From the NCBI RefSeq assembly GCF_006345805.1, contig NW_021833543.1, positions 1 through 28,125 on the forward strand: a DNA stretch of 28,125 bases, given 5' to 3'. Below are positions 10,793 through 20,764 of the stretch, one piece after another. The position numbers and the translations under genes were made by a program. The notes under the pieces are model-generated. The model did no database searches, had not been told where the DNA came from, and saw only the letters and a program-made list of their open reading frames with translations. The stretch is from Octopus sinensis (Eukaryota). Every line of letters starts with the position of its first letter. Within the stretch, counting starts at the first letter, position 1.

Positions 10793-11149
10793 TTACCTCC
10801 GCCTTCGCTAAGGCAGAGGTATTGTTTTCAGTAGTGTTTGTTTGTCCATGGACAAGATATCTCAAGAACCACTGGATGGATTCAGATGAAACTTTCAAGG
10901 ATATTTGGCCTCATGACTAACACGAACAGATTAGATTTGGGGATCAATCTAGTACTGGACAAGACTTCTGGATAATTTTTCCAGATTTTTTACTTAATTT
11001 TTGAGAGCGGTCAGGTTCGTTTTTAGCATTCTCGTTTGTGAGAGCAGTCTAATTAATTTCAGATATTCTCATTTTAAAAATCATCTCTGGCTAATCGTTG
11101 AGAGGACGTTGGTGTTGCTTTGGCGAAGGTTTGCACTTTCTGAGTGCTC

Positions 11150-11154
<5 letters not shown>
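10793..11154 (+). mobile_element. Non-autonomous Helentron-associated (HINE/DINE-1-like) rolling-circle element
   Basis: 5' subTIR acctccgcc (10795) folds back on ggcagaggt (10812). 3' subTIR ggcgaaggt (11122) is followed by the short stem-loop gcactttctgagtgc (11133-11147) and a T-rich end. Both ends sit in TT/ATT runs. This is the established Helentron/DINE-1 architecture. Confidence 0.75.
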
Positions 11155-11242
<88 letters not shown>

Positions 11243-11302
11243 GGTGGTGGTGGTGGTAGTGGTGGTGGTGGTAATACTACTACTTGTAGTAGTAATAGTA
11301 GC

Positions 11303-11338
<36 letters not shown>

Positions 11339-11383
11339 GGTGGTGGTGGTGGTGGTGGTAATACTACTACTAGTAGTAGTAAT

Positions 11384-11415
<32 letters not shown>

Positions 11416-11932
11416 TAGTAGTGTAGTAGTGGTGGTTTATGTGTTGATAATAGACATATATACTGATAATGAGAGTGGTAGCAGTTGCTATGGTGGTAGT
11501 GATAGTGAAGGTGGTAGTAGTAGCAGTGGTGGAAGTGTAATCAGCAATGGTAATAATGAAAGAGGTGTGTTGTGATGACGATTAGTAGATTAGTACGGTA
11601 GCAGTAGAGGGTGGATGTTGCGCTGTGATGGTGGCAGTGATACTGATGGTAGTGGTGGTGCAGGCAGCAGTGGGGGTGGTAGTGCCCCCCCCCCCCCCGA
11701 TAGTGTTTGTGGTAGGGTTGGTGGCGTAGGTAGTGGGGATGAGTGAAAAAGTTTTGGCACCTGTGTAGATAGTGGTTAGTGGTGGTCGTGGTTGTAGGCA
11801 GTGGTGGAGGTGGTGGTGGTGGTGGTGGTGGTGGTGGTGGAGGTGGTGGTGGAGGTGGTGGTGGTGGTGGTGGTGGTAGGAGGTGGTGGTGGTGGTGGAG
11901 GTGGTGGTGGTGGTGGTGGTGGTGGTGGTGAT
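11154..11932. repeat. Compound trinucleotide array (TTA)n, (TAG)n, (TGG)n, (CAG)n
   Basis: Read directly from the sequence. It explains the poly-V, S/G and H/P ORFs. Confidence 0.95.
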
Positions 11933-12085
11933 GTACTAAACTCTGGCTAATAGCCTCACTTTGATGTGTTTTGTCTCCCATCATTTCATATATTGGCAGA
12001 GAACACTTCCTGGTGCATCTTTAGGATAGCATTTATAATCTCCCCGCTTTTGTCTTCTCTCTTCCGCAACTCCACAAACAGGCTC

Positions 12086-12118
12086 ACACACACACACGTA
12101 TATATATATATTATATAT

Positions 12119-12149
<31 letters not shown>

Positions 12150-12221
12150 GTATATATATATTGTATATATATATATATGTATATTATATATATCTATATA
12201 TGTATGTATATATATATATTG

Positions 12222-12252
<31 letters not shown>

Positions 12253-12322
12253 TATATGTATATATATATATATTATATATATATATATGTATATATATAT
12301 TGTATATATATATATATGTATG

Positions 12323-12377
<55 letters not shown>

Positions 12378-12473
12378 GTATATATATTATTATGATATAT
12401 GTATATATATATGTATATAGATATATGTATATATATATATGTAATATATATATATATGTAATATACATGTAAT

Positions 12474-12504
<31 letters not shown>

Positions 12505-12780
12505 TATATACATACACATATATACATATGTATGTATATATATATATATACACACATATACAGACACACACATACACATTATGTATGCACAGATATATAC
12601 ACATATATACATATATATATATACATACATATATATGATGGTGATAATGATGATAGAAACATATATGTATATACATATATATGCATATACATATATACAT
12701 ATATATACACAAAGACACACATATATATATATATACACATATACATGCATACATGCACACATACACACTTGAAACGGAAC
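12086..12780. repeat. Long degenerate (TA)n/(CA)n field
   Basis: Read directly from the sequence. Confidence 0.95.
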
Positions 12781-12786
12781 ATACAC

Positions 12787-12887
12787 CATCATCATCATCA
12801 TCATTTAACGTCCGTTTTTCCATGCTTGCATGAGTTAGACGAAATTTATTGCAGCAGATTTTCTACAGCTGGATGCTCTTCCTGTGC
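12787..12887 (-). mobile_element. Family E-related 3' fragment
   Basis: Minus strand ggaagagcatccagctgtagaaaatctgc...catgcaagcatggaaaaacggacgttaaatgatgatg. Confidence 0.8.
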
Positions 12888-13202
12888 ATTTTACATACAT
12901 AAAAATAAACATACATACATACATACAAATACACACACATACACACTCTCTCTCTCTCTCTCCTCTCTCTCTCATACACAAACATTAGGAAGCTTAACTG
13001 ACTTTAGCTGTTTACTGGTATATATTAATGCTAAAACGATTTATAAATAAGCCTGTATGTTTGTGTGTGTGTGTACATGCATGTATATATATATGTATAT
13101 ATATAGTGTATTTAGTTCTGGCTTTTCTGTTTGCCTGTGTATTAAGTATATGTCTATTTGTTTATTTACTATACGTATTTTTGAATTATATATATATCTA
13201 TA

Positions 13203-13250
<48 letters not shown>

Positions 13251-13390
13251 GTGTGTGATGTCTTCTTTTTATTTAATCCTGAAAAAAAATAGATAGATAG
13301 AGAGAGAGAGATTGACAGAGATAGGTAGGTAGGTAGATAGATAGAGAGATAGACAGATATACAAATAGACAGACAGGCAGATAGACACAC

Positions 13391-13445
13391 AGCTTGTGAG
13401 AAGATTTGGGAGATGGAAACTAATAGAAGCCTGTGGTATGAGTAT
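13391..13445 (+). mobile_element. Short decayed family A fragment
   Basis: cttgtgagaagatttgggagatggaaactaatagaagcc versus family A cttgtgagtggatttggtagacggaaactgaaagaagcc. Confidence 0.6.
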
Positions 13446-13485
13446 ATATATATATATTAGTATATTATATATATATATTATATAT

Positions 13486-13696
13486 AAAAAAGGAAATCAA
13501 GAAAATGCTGACAAATAATTGAAGTAATTTAAGTAATTTAATTAGGTGAAAGTTCTTTTTACCGGTTGCGCATTTGTTATGCTTATCAAAATATTTTGAT
13601 AAGCATAACAAATGCGCAACCGAAAAGAACTTTCACCTAATTAAATTACCTAAATTACTTCAATTATTTGTCAGCATTTTCTTCATTTCCTTTTTT
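13486..13696. repeat. Near-perfect 211-bp palindrome with no spacer
   Basis: Centre caaaat|attttg at 13592/13593. Arms differ by 2 substitutions and one 3-nt indel. Confidence 0.95.
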
Positions 13697-13735
13697 CTAT
13701 ATCACCACTCGTGTTCGACATCTCCCTGTTTTTAA

Positions 13736-13772
<37 letters not shown>

Positions 13773-14072
13773 ATATATATATATCTATATATATGTATAT
13801 ATGTAATATAGTGATATATATATAGTATATATATATATATATGTATATATGTATATATATTTATATATGTATATATATTTATATATGTATATATAAGTTA
13901 TTATGTATAGGATATTTATATATATATATATAATATATGTATATATAATATATATATGATATATATATTATAATATGTATATATATATCTATATATTATG
14001 GAATATATATATATATAGATATATATTATATATATAATAATATTATTATATATATATATATATATATATATA
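13736..14072. repeat. (TA)n field
   Basis: Read directly from the sequence. Confidence 0.95.
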
Positions 14073-14196
14073 TCCAGCTGTAGAAACTCTGCCAATCAGA
14101 TTGGAGCCTGGTGCAGCCATCTGGTTCACCAGTCCTCGTCAAATTGTCCAACCCATGCTAACATGGAAAGCGGATGTTAAACGATGATGATGATGA
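14073..14196 (+). mobile_element. Family E 3' fragment with (GAT)n tail
   Basis: Nearly the same as 7917-8040. Confidence 0.85.
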
Positions 14197-14240
14197 TATA
14201 TATATGTATCTGTTTTTCTATATGTACTTATGTGTGTTTT

Positions 14241-14511
14241 TGTGGATTTGGTAGACAGAAACCAAAACAAGCCCATTGTATGTGTGTTTGTGTGTCTGTG
14301 TCCCCGACCACCACTTGACAATCAGTGTTAGTGTGTTTACATCTGCATAACTTAGTGGTTCAACAAAAGGAACCAATAGAGTAAGTACCAGGCTGAACAA
14401 TTTTTTTTAAATAAGTAGTCTGGTTGAGTTATTTGACTAAAAACTTCCTCAAGTCAGTGCCCCAGCATGGCCTCAGTCTAATGACTGAAACAAGTAAAAG
14501 ATAAAAAGAAT
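14241..14511 (+). mobile_element. Old family A-like SINE, headless and decayed
   Basis: gtggatttggtagacagaaac...ccccagcatggcctcagtctaatgactgaaacaagtaaaaga. Confidence 0.8.
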
Positions 14512-14919
14512 ACCGAAGATAGATACATATATAAGCACACTCACACTCACACACACACACATGCACGTGTGTGTATGTGTGAATGTCTTGTTTGCATAAG
14601 TTTTGAATTAAAATCTTCCACCAAATCTTTGTCACAATTTATGTTCCTAACACTAACTTAATTATAACTAAGTTATTTTATTAAATTCTTTGTTTTACTC
14701 TTTTATTTGTTTCTGTCATTTGACTGTGGTCGATCAAATTGACTCCAGATTCCAATGCAGATTCCAATTTTTGAATCCCAAATTTTTAAGTTATTTTTTT
14801 GCAGCATCGATTAACAAACTTGTTTTCTCATTTATTATTTAAATTTAACTTCAATAGATTTCTAGAATGTTTTGAATCAACCGTTAATTAATAAGTTTAT
14901 TTTTTATTCTTTCTTACAG

Positions 14920-15025
14920 AACTAGATCTGAGACGTTTCCGCTCGACCACTTCTCTAGCGAAACAAAGCCGACTACGTCATCACGGGGTACACATTTGGA
15001 CGAAGAATTCTTTTTAATCGACTAA
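14920..15025 (+). CDS. Candidate terminal coding exon of an unidentified host gene
   Basis: Branch-like ttaat and a strong pyrimidine tract end in ttcttacag at 14919. The following segment is CpG-rich and non-repetitive, and is open as TRSETFPLDHFSSETKPTTSSRGTHLDEEFFLID* (14921-15025) or ELDLRRFRSTTSLAKQSRLRHHGVHIWTKNSF* (to 15017). About 700 bp of AT-rich UTR-like sequence follows. No homologue recognised. Confidence 0.3.
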
Positions 15026-15920
15026 CAACATTGCAGTGATGCATCTTACCGATGCATCCCTACACATGGAACTGCAATTTGAACTGCTGTCTTATCTAAA
15101 AAGGTGGGGAAGCGCTGAAAATCAAAATCATTTCACCTGTAAAAGATCAAATGTAGAATTTGGAAATTTTTCTTTAATGATTAAAAAAAAAAAAAATCCT
15201 TTTTTTTTTTATTAATTAGAACATAAAGAAAAGGATACAAATTATTTATTTATATTTATTGACAATGTTTTAGCTGTCATATCTCTCACTGACCGGTCGG
15301 TGCTGAACAAACTAAAAAAACACAAAGAAACTCTTTCTGATTCGCTCATTTTGTAAATGGATATTAATAATAATGGAGGCTATTACAAAGACTCATGGGA
15401 AATTCTCCTACATTTTTTTTTTTTTTTTGAATTAACTTATTTATCAAGTAATTTATTTTTTCCACATCGGCATACTGCTACAATTCTCAAACAGTCAAGA
15501 ACGGACATTTTTCTTTTCATTAAATTAAAAATTAATTTTAGGAAAATGTGACAAACGAAATAATTTCTCATAGATAAAACTGTATTTAAAAACAAAAACA
15601 AAAAAACAAAATGAAGAAAAGTAAACAGAAACACAGAGAGAGAGAGAAAGAGAAAGGAAAACAAAATAAGAATTGGTCAAAACTGTAAAGGAAAAAAAAA
15701 AAGATGACCAACACTAAAGAATTATTCAAATGGACATATATTTAAAAAGAAAAAAAAGGAAATATATAATAAATATAAAGAATAAAAAAACACTGACTTC
15801 TCTTCTCAAATTCTTGTTTTCTTTTTTTGCTTGGTGTGAAATTTCCATATATGGACTGTTTTTATGTGTGTGTGTGTGTTTGGTAGAACTAACAGGATAG
15901 ACATGTTTCAACGTATCTGT

Positions 15921-16130
15921 AGCTGGCAGAATCATTAGCATGTCAGACAAAATATTTAGTGGCAATTTGTCCATCTTTACATTCTGAGTTCAAATTCCAC
16001 CAAGGTCACGTTCGCCTGTCATCCTTACATAGTTGATAAAATTGGTATCAGTTGAGCACTGGGATCGATGTAATCAGCTTACTCTTACACCCAAACTTGC
16101 TGGCATTGTGTTAAAATTTGAAACCAATAT
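15921..16130 (+). mobile_element. Old family B-like SINE, monomeric and decayed
   Basis: agctggcagaatcattagc...ttctgagttcaaattccacc...cagttgagcactgggatcgatgtaatc. Confidence 0.8.
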
Positions 16131-16183
16131 TTTAATTAGCCTTCCTTGAATTAATTGGCCCTTGAATCACCAACTGAATATAT

Positions 16184-16462
16184 CCCGGACCGGGCTGTGT
16201 GTTGTGTTCTTGAGCAAGGCACTTTATTTCACGTTGCTCCAGTTCACTCAGCTGAAGAAATGAGTTGCGACGTCACTGGTGCCAAGCTGTATCGGCCCCT
16301 TTGTCTTTCCCTTAGATAACACTGGTGGCGTGGAGAGGGGAGGCTGGTATGCATGGGCGACTGCTGGTCTTCCATAAACAACCTTGCCCGGACTTGTGTC
16401 TAGGAGGGTAACTTTCTAGGTGCAATCCCATAGTCACTCATGACCGAAGGGGGTCTTTACCC

Positions 16463-16463
<1 letters not shown>
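16184..16463 (+). mobile_element. Family D SINE, 5'-truncated
   Basis: Starts at cccggaccgggc, the same as the end of the family C tRNA head. It continues with a gttgtgttcttgagcaaggcacttt...cagctg..aaatgagt core resembling conserved CORE/V/Meta-type SINE domains, and ends ggtctttaccct. Confidence 0.65.
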
Positions 16464-16495
<32 letters not shown>

Positions 16496-16501
16496 ATATA
16501 C

Positions 16502-16546
<45 letters not shown>

Positions 16547-16952
16547 GTTATTAGGGAGTAAATCCAAACTTACAGGGAAAAATTAGATTTAGGATTAAAT
16601 CTAATTTTACAGTATAAATATATATATTAATTAGAGATAAGACCACTATTAGGCAAATCAAACAGGAAAAAATTGTTATTGAGGTAAAACAGTGAGAAAA
16701 AAAGAGTGGACTGGCTGGAAAAAATGCAGATACTGGAGTGATAGTACTCTTAATTGAATCTGAAAGAGTATAGGACAAAAGGAAGTGGAAACTTGAAGAT
16801 ATTGCAACAGAAGTTGGAGCCGAATTTTAAAATATACTTTTTGTTTCATTCAAATATAAAAGTTTAACTACTCTTTAGATTCTAACAACCCATATGAAGA
16901 AAATTCTTTACGGAACTTTCTGTCTTTACTCTCTATAAAAATAAAATATGGT

Positions 16953-17363
16953 GGATGCGGGAGTGGCTGTGTGGTGAGTAGCTTGTTTACCAACCACACG
17001 GTTCCGGGTTCAGTCCCACTGCGTGGCACCTTGGGCAAGTGTCTTCTACTATAGCTTCGGGCCGACCAAAGCCTTGTGAGTGGATTTAGTAGACGGAAAC
17101 TGAAAGAAGCCCATCATATATATGTATATATATATGCGTGTGTGTGTGTTAGTGTGCCTGTGTTTGTCCCCATAGCATTGCTTGACAACCGATGCTGGTG
17201 TGTTTATGTCCCCGTTACTTAGCGGTTCGGCAAAAAGTGACCGATAGAATAAGTACTGGGCTTACAAAAGAATAAGTCCCGGGGTCGAGTTGCTCGATTA
17301 AAGGCGGTGCTCCAGCATGGCCGCAGTCATATGACTGAAACAAGTAAAAGAGAGTAAAAGAGT
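16953..17363 (+). mobile_element. Family A tRNA-derived SINE, full length
   Basis: Collinear with the other family A copies. Confidence 0.92.
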
Positions 17364-17715
17364 ATAAGGGAAGGTTGAAGCTCTCTTATATGTTGGAGAT
17401 GTAGTCTGTCTTTCAACAATTTTAATATTTTCACCTATCTTTCATGTTTTCCCAATTATAGCTTTTGTAAGATTTAAACATACAGAAATAAGAGATCATC
17501 TGGTGACTAGGGTACACTTTAACTTGCCTAGTAAGTACCAATCCTGTCAGCTCAGAAATAGTAAAAGATAAAAGATGGGGTGGTTTTAATGTGGTCTACC
17601 TTCCCTCACTAAAATAATGAAAATTTATCCCCACAAGAAACAAAGAGTTTAGAATCTATGCTTATGAGGCTCTGGAAATCCATCTCTCTTCAGCTCTTGA
17701 TAACCAGAAACCTCC

Positions 17716-18313
17716 CAGATGGCAGAATCATTAGCGCGCCGGGCAAAATGCTTAGCGGTATTTCGTCTGCTGTTACGTTCTGAGTTCAAATTCTGCTGAG
17801 GTCGACTTTGCCTTTCATCCTTTCAGGGTCAATAAATTAAGTACCAGTTACGCAGTGGGTTCGATGTAATCAACTTAATCCCTTTGTCTGTCCTTGTTTG
17901 TCCCCTCTATGTTTAGCCCCTTGTGGGTAGTAAAGAAATAGGTATTTTGTCTGCCGTTACGTTCTGAGTTCAAATTCCACTGAGGTCAACTTTGCCTTTC
18001 ATCCTTTCGGGGTCAATAAATTAAGTACCAGTTATGCAGTGGGTTCGATGTAATCAACTTAATTCCTTTGTCTGTCCTTGTTTGTCCCTCTATGTTTAGC
18101 TCCTTGTGGGTAGTAAAGAAATAGGTATTTTGTCTGTCGTTACGTTCTGAGTTCAAATTCCACTGAGGTCAACTTTGCCTTTCATCCTTTCAGTGTCAAT
18201 AAATTAAGTACCAGTTACGCACTGGGGTCGATGTAATCGACTTAATTCCTTTGTCTCTCCTTGTTTGTCCCCTCTGTGTTTATAAGCCCCTTGTGGGCAA
18301 TAAAGAAATAAGA
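17716..18313 (+). mobile_element. Family B tRNA-derived SINE, three tandem body units
   Basis: Units start at 17757, 17941 and 18124 (184, 183 and about 190 bp). Each contains gagttcaaatt. Confidence 0.92.
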
Positions 18314-18482
18314 AACTCCACACCCCCAACAACACTCATGACTTCTGTAACGTTTCACCAACAAGATTTTGTACATTTTTAAGTACACAAAAACTGGAAT
18401 TATCTTCTTGAGACTCAGCATAAACCATTGGGTTTAGACACGCACAAGACACATTAGGAATCAGGGAAGAATGAAATTGACT

Positions 18483-18703
18483 ACTCTCTCTTTCTCTTTT
18501 ACTCTTTTACTTGTTTCAGTCATTTGACTGCGGCCATGCTGGAGCACCGCCTTTAATCGAGCAACTCAACACCGGGACTTATTCTTTTGTAAGCCCAGTA
18601 CTTATTCTATCTGTCTCTTTTGCCGAACCGCTAAGTGACGGGGACATAAACACACCAGCATCGGTTGTCAAGCAATGCTAGGGGAACAAACACAGACACA
18701 CAA

Positions 18704-18763
<60 letters not shown>

Positions 18764-18932
18764 TATATACGATGGGCTTCTTTCAGTTTCCATCTACCAA
18801 ATCCACTCACAAGGCATTGGTCGGCCCGAGGCTATAGTAGAAGACACTTGCCCAAGATGCCATGCAGTGGGACTGAACCTGGAACCATGTGGTTGGTTAG
18901 CAAGCTACTTACCACACAGCCACTCCTGCGCC
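18483..18932 (-). mobile_element. Family A tRNA-derived SINE, full length, expanded internal microsatellite
   Basis: Reverse complement of the family A sequence. Confidence 0.92.
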
Positions 18933-19157
18933 TATACAAAAATTTAAACCACATTACCAAGATGTTCTCCAAAGTAACCCTAGTTTTCTTTTTAACTTTT
19001 TCCCCTACATTTTTCCATCTGAATCCTATCCAAAAGGCTTGTTATTTAAATCCAAATTCCAATTTCCAGCTGCAATAATTTTTTTAGCTTCTGCATCTTC
19101 TTCTGTACTTTTTCTGGTTCACTTAATTAAGAAAATTATTGCTCCTACGCCCACAGT

Positions 19158-19270
19158 ATCATCATCATCATCAATTAATACATGATTTAATACATCAATG
19201 CTGGCATGGTTTGGATGGTTCGTCAGCATCCAGTAAGCCAGAAAACTGCGTCAAGCACCAATGTCTGCAT
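19158..19270 (-). mobile_element. Decayed family E-like 3' fragment
   Basis: (CAT)n followed by atgctggcatggtttggatggtt...aagccagaaaactgc. Confidence 0.55.
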
Positions 19271-19279
19271 TCTCTTTCT

Positions 19280-19625
19280 CTACATATATATGTGTGTATG
19301 TATATGTGTGTGTGTGTGTATAAACATATACATATATACACACATGTATAAATATATATTTGTATATGTGTGCGTGTGTGTGTAAACATATACATATATA
19401 CACACATGTATAAATATATATTTGTATATGTGTGCGTGTGTGTGTAAACATATACATATATACACACATGTATAAATATATATTTGTATATGTGTGTGCG
19501 TATGTATTTGTATGTGAGTGTGTGTGTATGTGAGTGTGTGTGTATAGATATATAATACACATAAATGTGTGTGTACATATTATATGTATGTATGTATAAA
19601 ACATTAATATATATATATATATGTA
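19280..19625. repeat. (TG)/(TA) field containing a 62-bp unit repeated three times
   Basis: aaacatatacatatatacacacatgtataaatatatatttgtatatgtg at 19322, 19384 and 19446. Confidence 0.9.
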
Positions 19626-19833
19626 TGCCTTCCATACGTGTTTTTATGTTTTTATTCCTACAGACTGTACTTAGTGTGTGTTACCTACTTACAGCAAGGT
19701 GACCTGGTACATACATATAAACGGACACCACACATGCACAAACACACAAAGACATAACTGAAAGCAATCAACTATAGGAAACTTAAATAATTCAGGTTTA
19801 CATTGTAGAAATAGCAGAACAATACAGAATATT

Positions 19834-20210
19834 GGTGGTGGTGGTCCTGGTGGTGAAGGTTGCGGCGGTGGTGGTCGTGGTGGTGGTGGTGGAGGTAGCG
19901 GTGGTGGTCATGGTGGTCGTGGCGGTGGAGGTAGCGGTAGCAGCGGTGGTGGACATGGTCGTGGTGGTGGCGGTGGAGGTAGCAGTGGTGGTCGTGGTCA
20001 TGGTCGTGGCGGTGGAGGTAGTGGTGGTGGCGGTGGTTGTTGTGGTGGTGGTGGTGGCGGTGGCTGTGAAAGTGGTGGTCATGGTGGGTGTCGTCATGGT
20101 GGTCGTCGTGATGGTGGTCATGGTGTCGTCATCTCGGTGATGGGGTTTTTGGTGATGATGATGAGGAGATGAGGATGGTGGTGGTCGTTCTCATCATCAT
20201 AGTGATGATG

Positions 20211-20252
<42 letters not shown>
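19834..20252. repeat. Degenerate (GGT)n array grading into (GAT)n and then (TAA)n
   Basis: Read directly from the sequence. It explains the poly-T and poly-V ORFs. Confidence 0.9.
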
Positions 20253-20255
<3 letters not shown>

Positions 20256-20637
20256 GCAATTATAATAAATGGATAAAATAATTAAAGTAGATATCAGTAA
20301 TGTTTTTCAATTATTCATTATAGTTATTCGTTTTTATTTTATTTATTATTCATGTCATCTCCACAATTTTTTTTTTTCTAGAAATTATTGGCAAATTCAT
20401 TTTTCATTTTTTTGTGTTTTTTTACCCCATATTTTATATGCAGTAAATGAGATGAGAGACACGAACAACCTCCTCCGCTCCCTTCAAAAGTAGACGAAGA
20501 ATCATTCATTATGCTGTTGAAGTAGTACTAAAAGCCTCTCCTTAAACAAAGGAGTTCACTAGAGAAATTTTGCAGATTGAATTTTCTGAACCAATCAGGT
20601 GATAGAGTATAGTCTATATAACTAGGTGTGTAGGGGA

Positions 20638-20653
20638 TAATAATAATAATAAT

Positions 20654-20700
<47 letters not shown>

Positions 20701-20705
20701 AATTA

Positions 20706-20763
<58 letters not shown>
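20638..20763. repeat. (TAA)n microsatellite, the 5' flank of the R4/Dong element
   Basis: Read directly from the sequence. Confidence 0.95.

Positions 20764-20764
<1 letters not shown>

Noticed and set aside
11144-11575. Ser/Gly-rich ORF as a structural protein
   Set aside because: It starts inside the HINE end and lies wholly in a triplet array.
14582-14697. Block resembling a recalled octopus repeat end
   Set aside because: There is no second copy or diagnostic structure in the window, so it cannot be supported from the sequence alone.
15034-15122. C/D box snoRNA (gtgatgc ... ctga)
   Set aside because: The C box is imperfect and there is no convincing terminal stem.
15040-15150. miR-8/miR-200 precursor (catcttaccg matches the 5p arm start)
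   Set aside because: Only 10 nt match, and no taatactgtcaggtaaagatg-like 3p arm follows.
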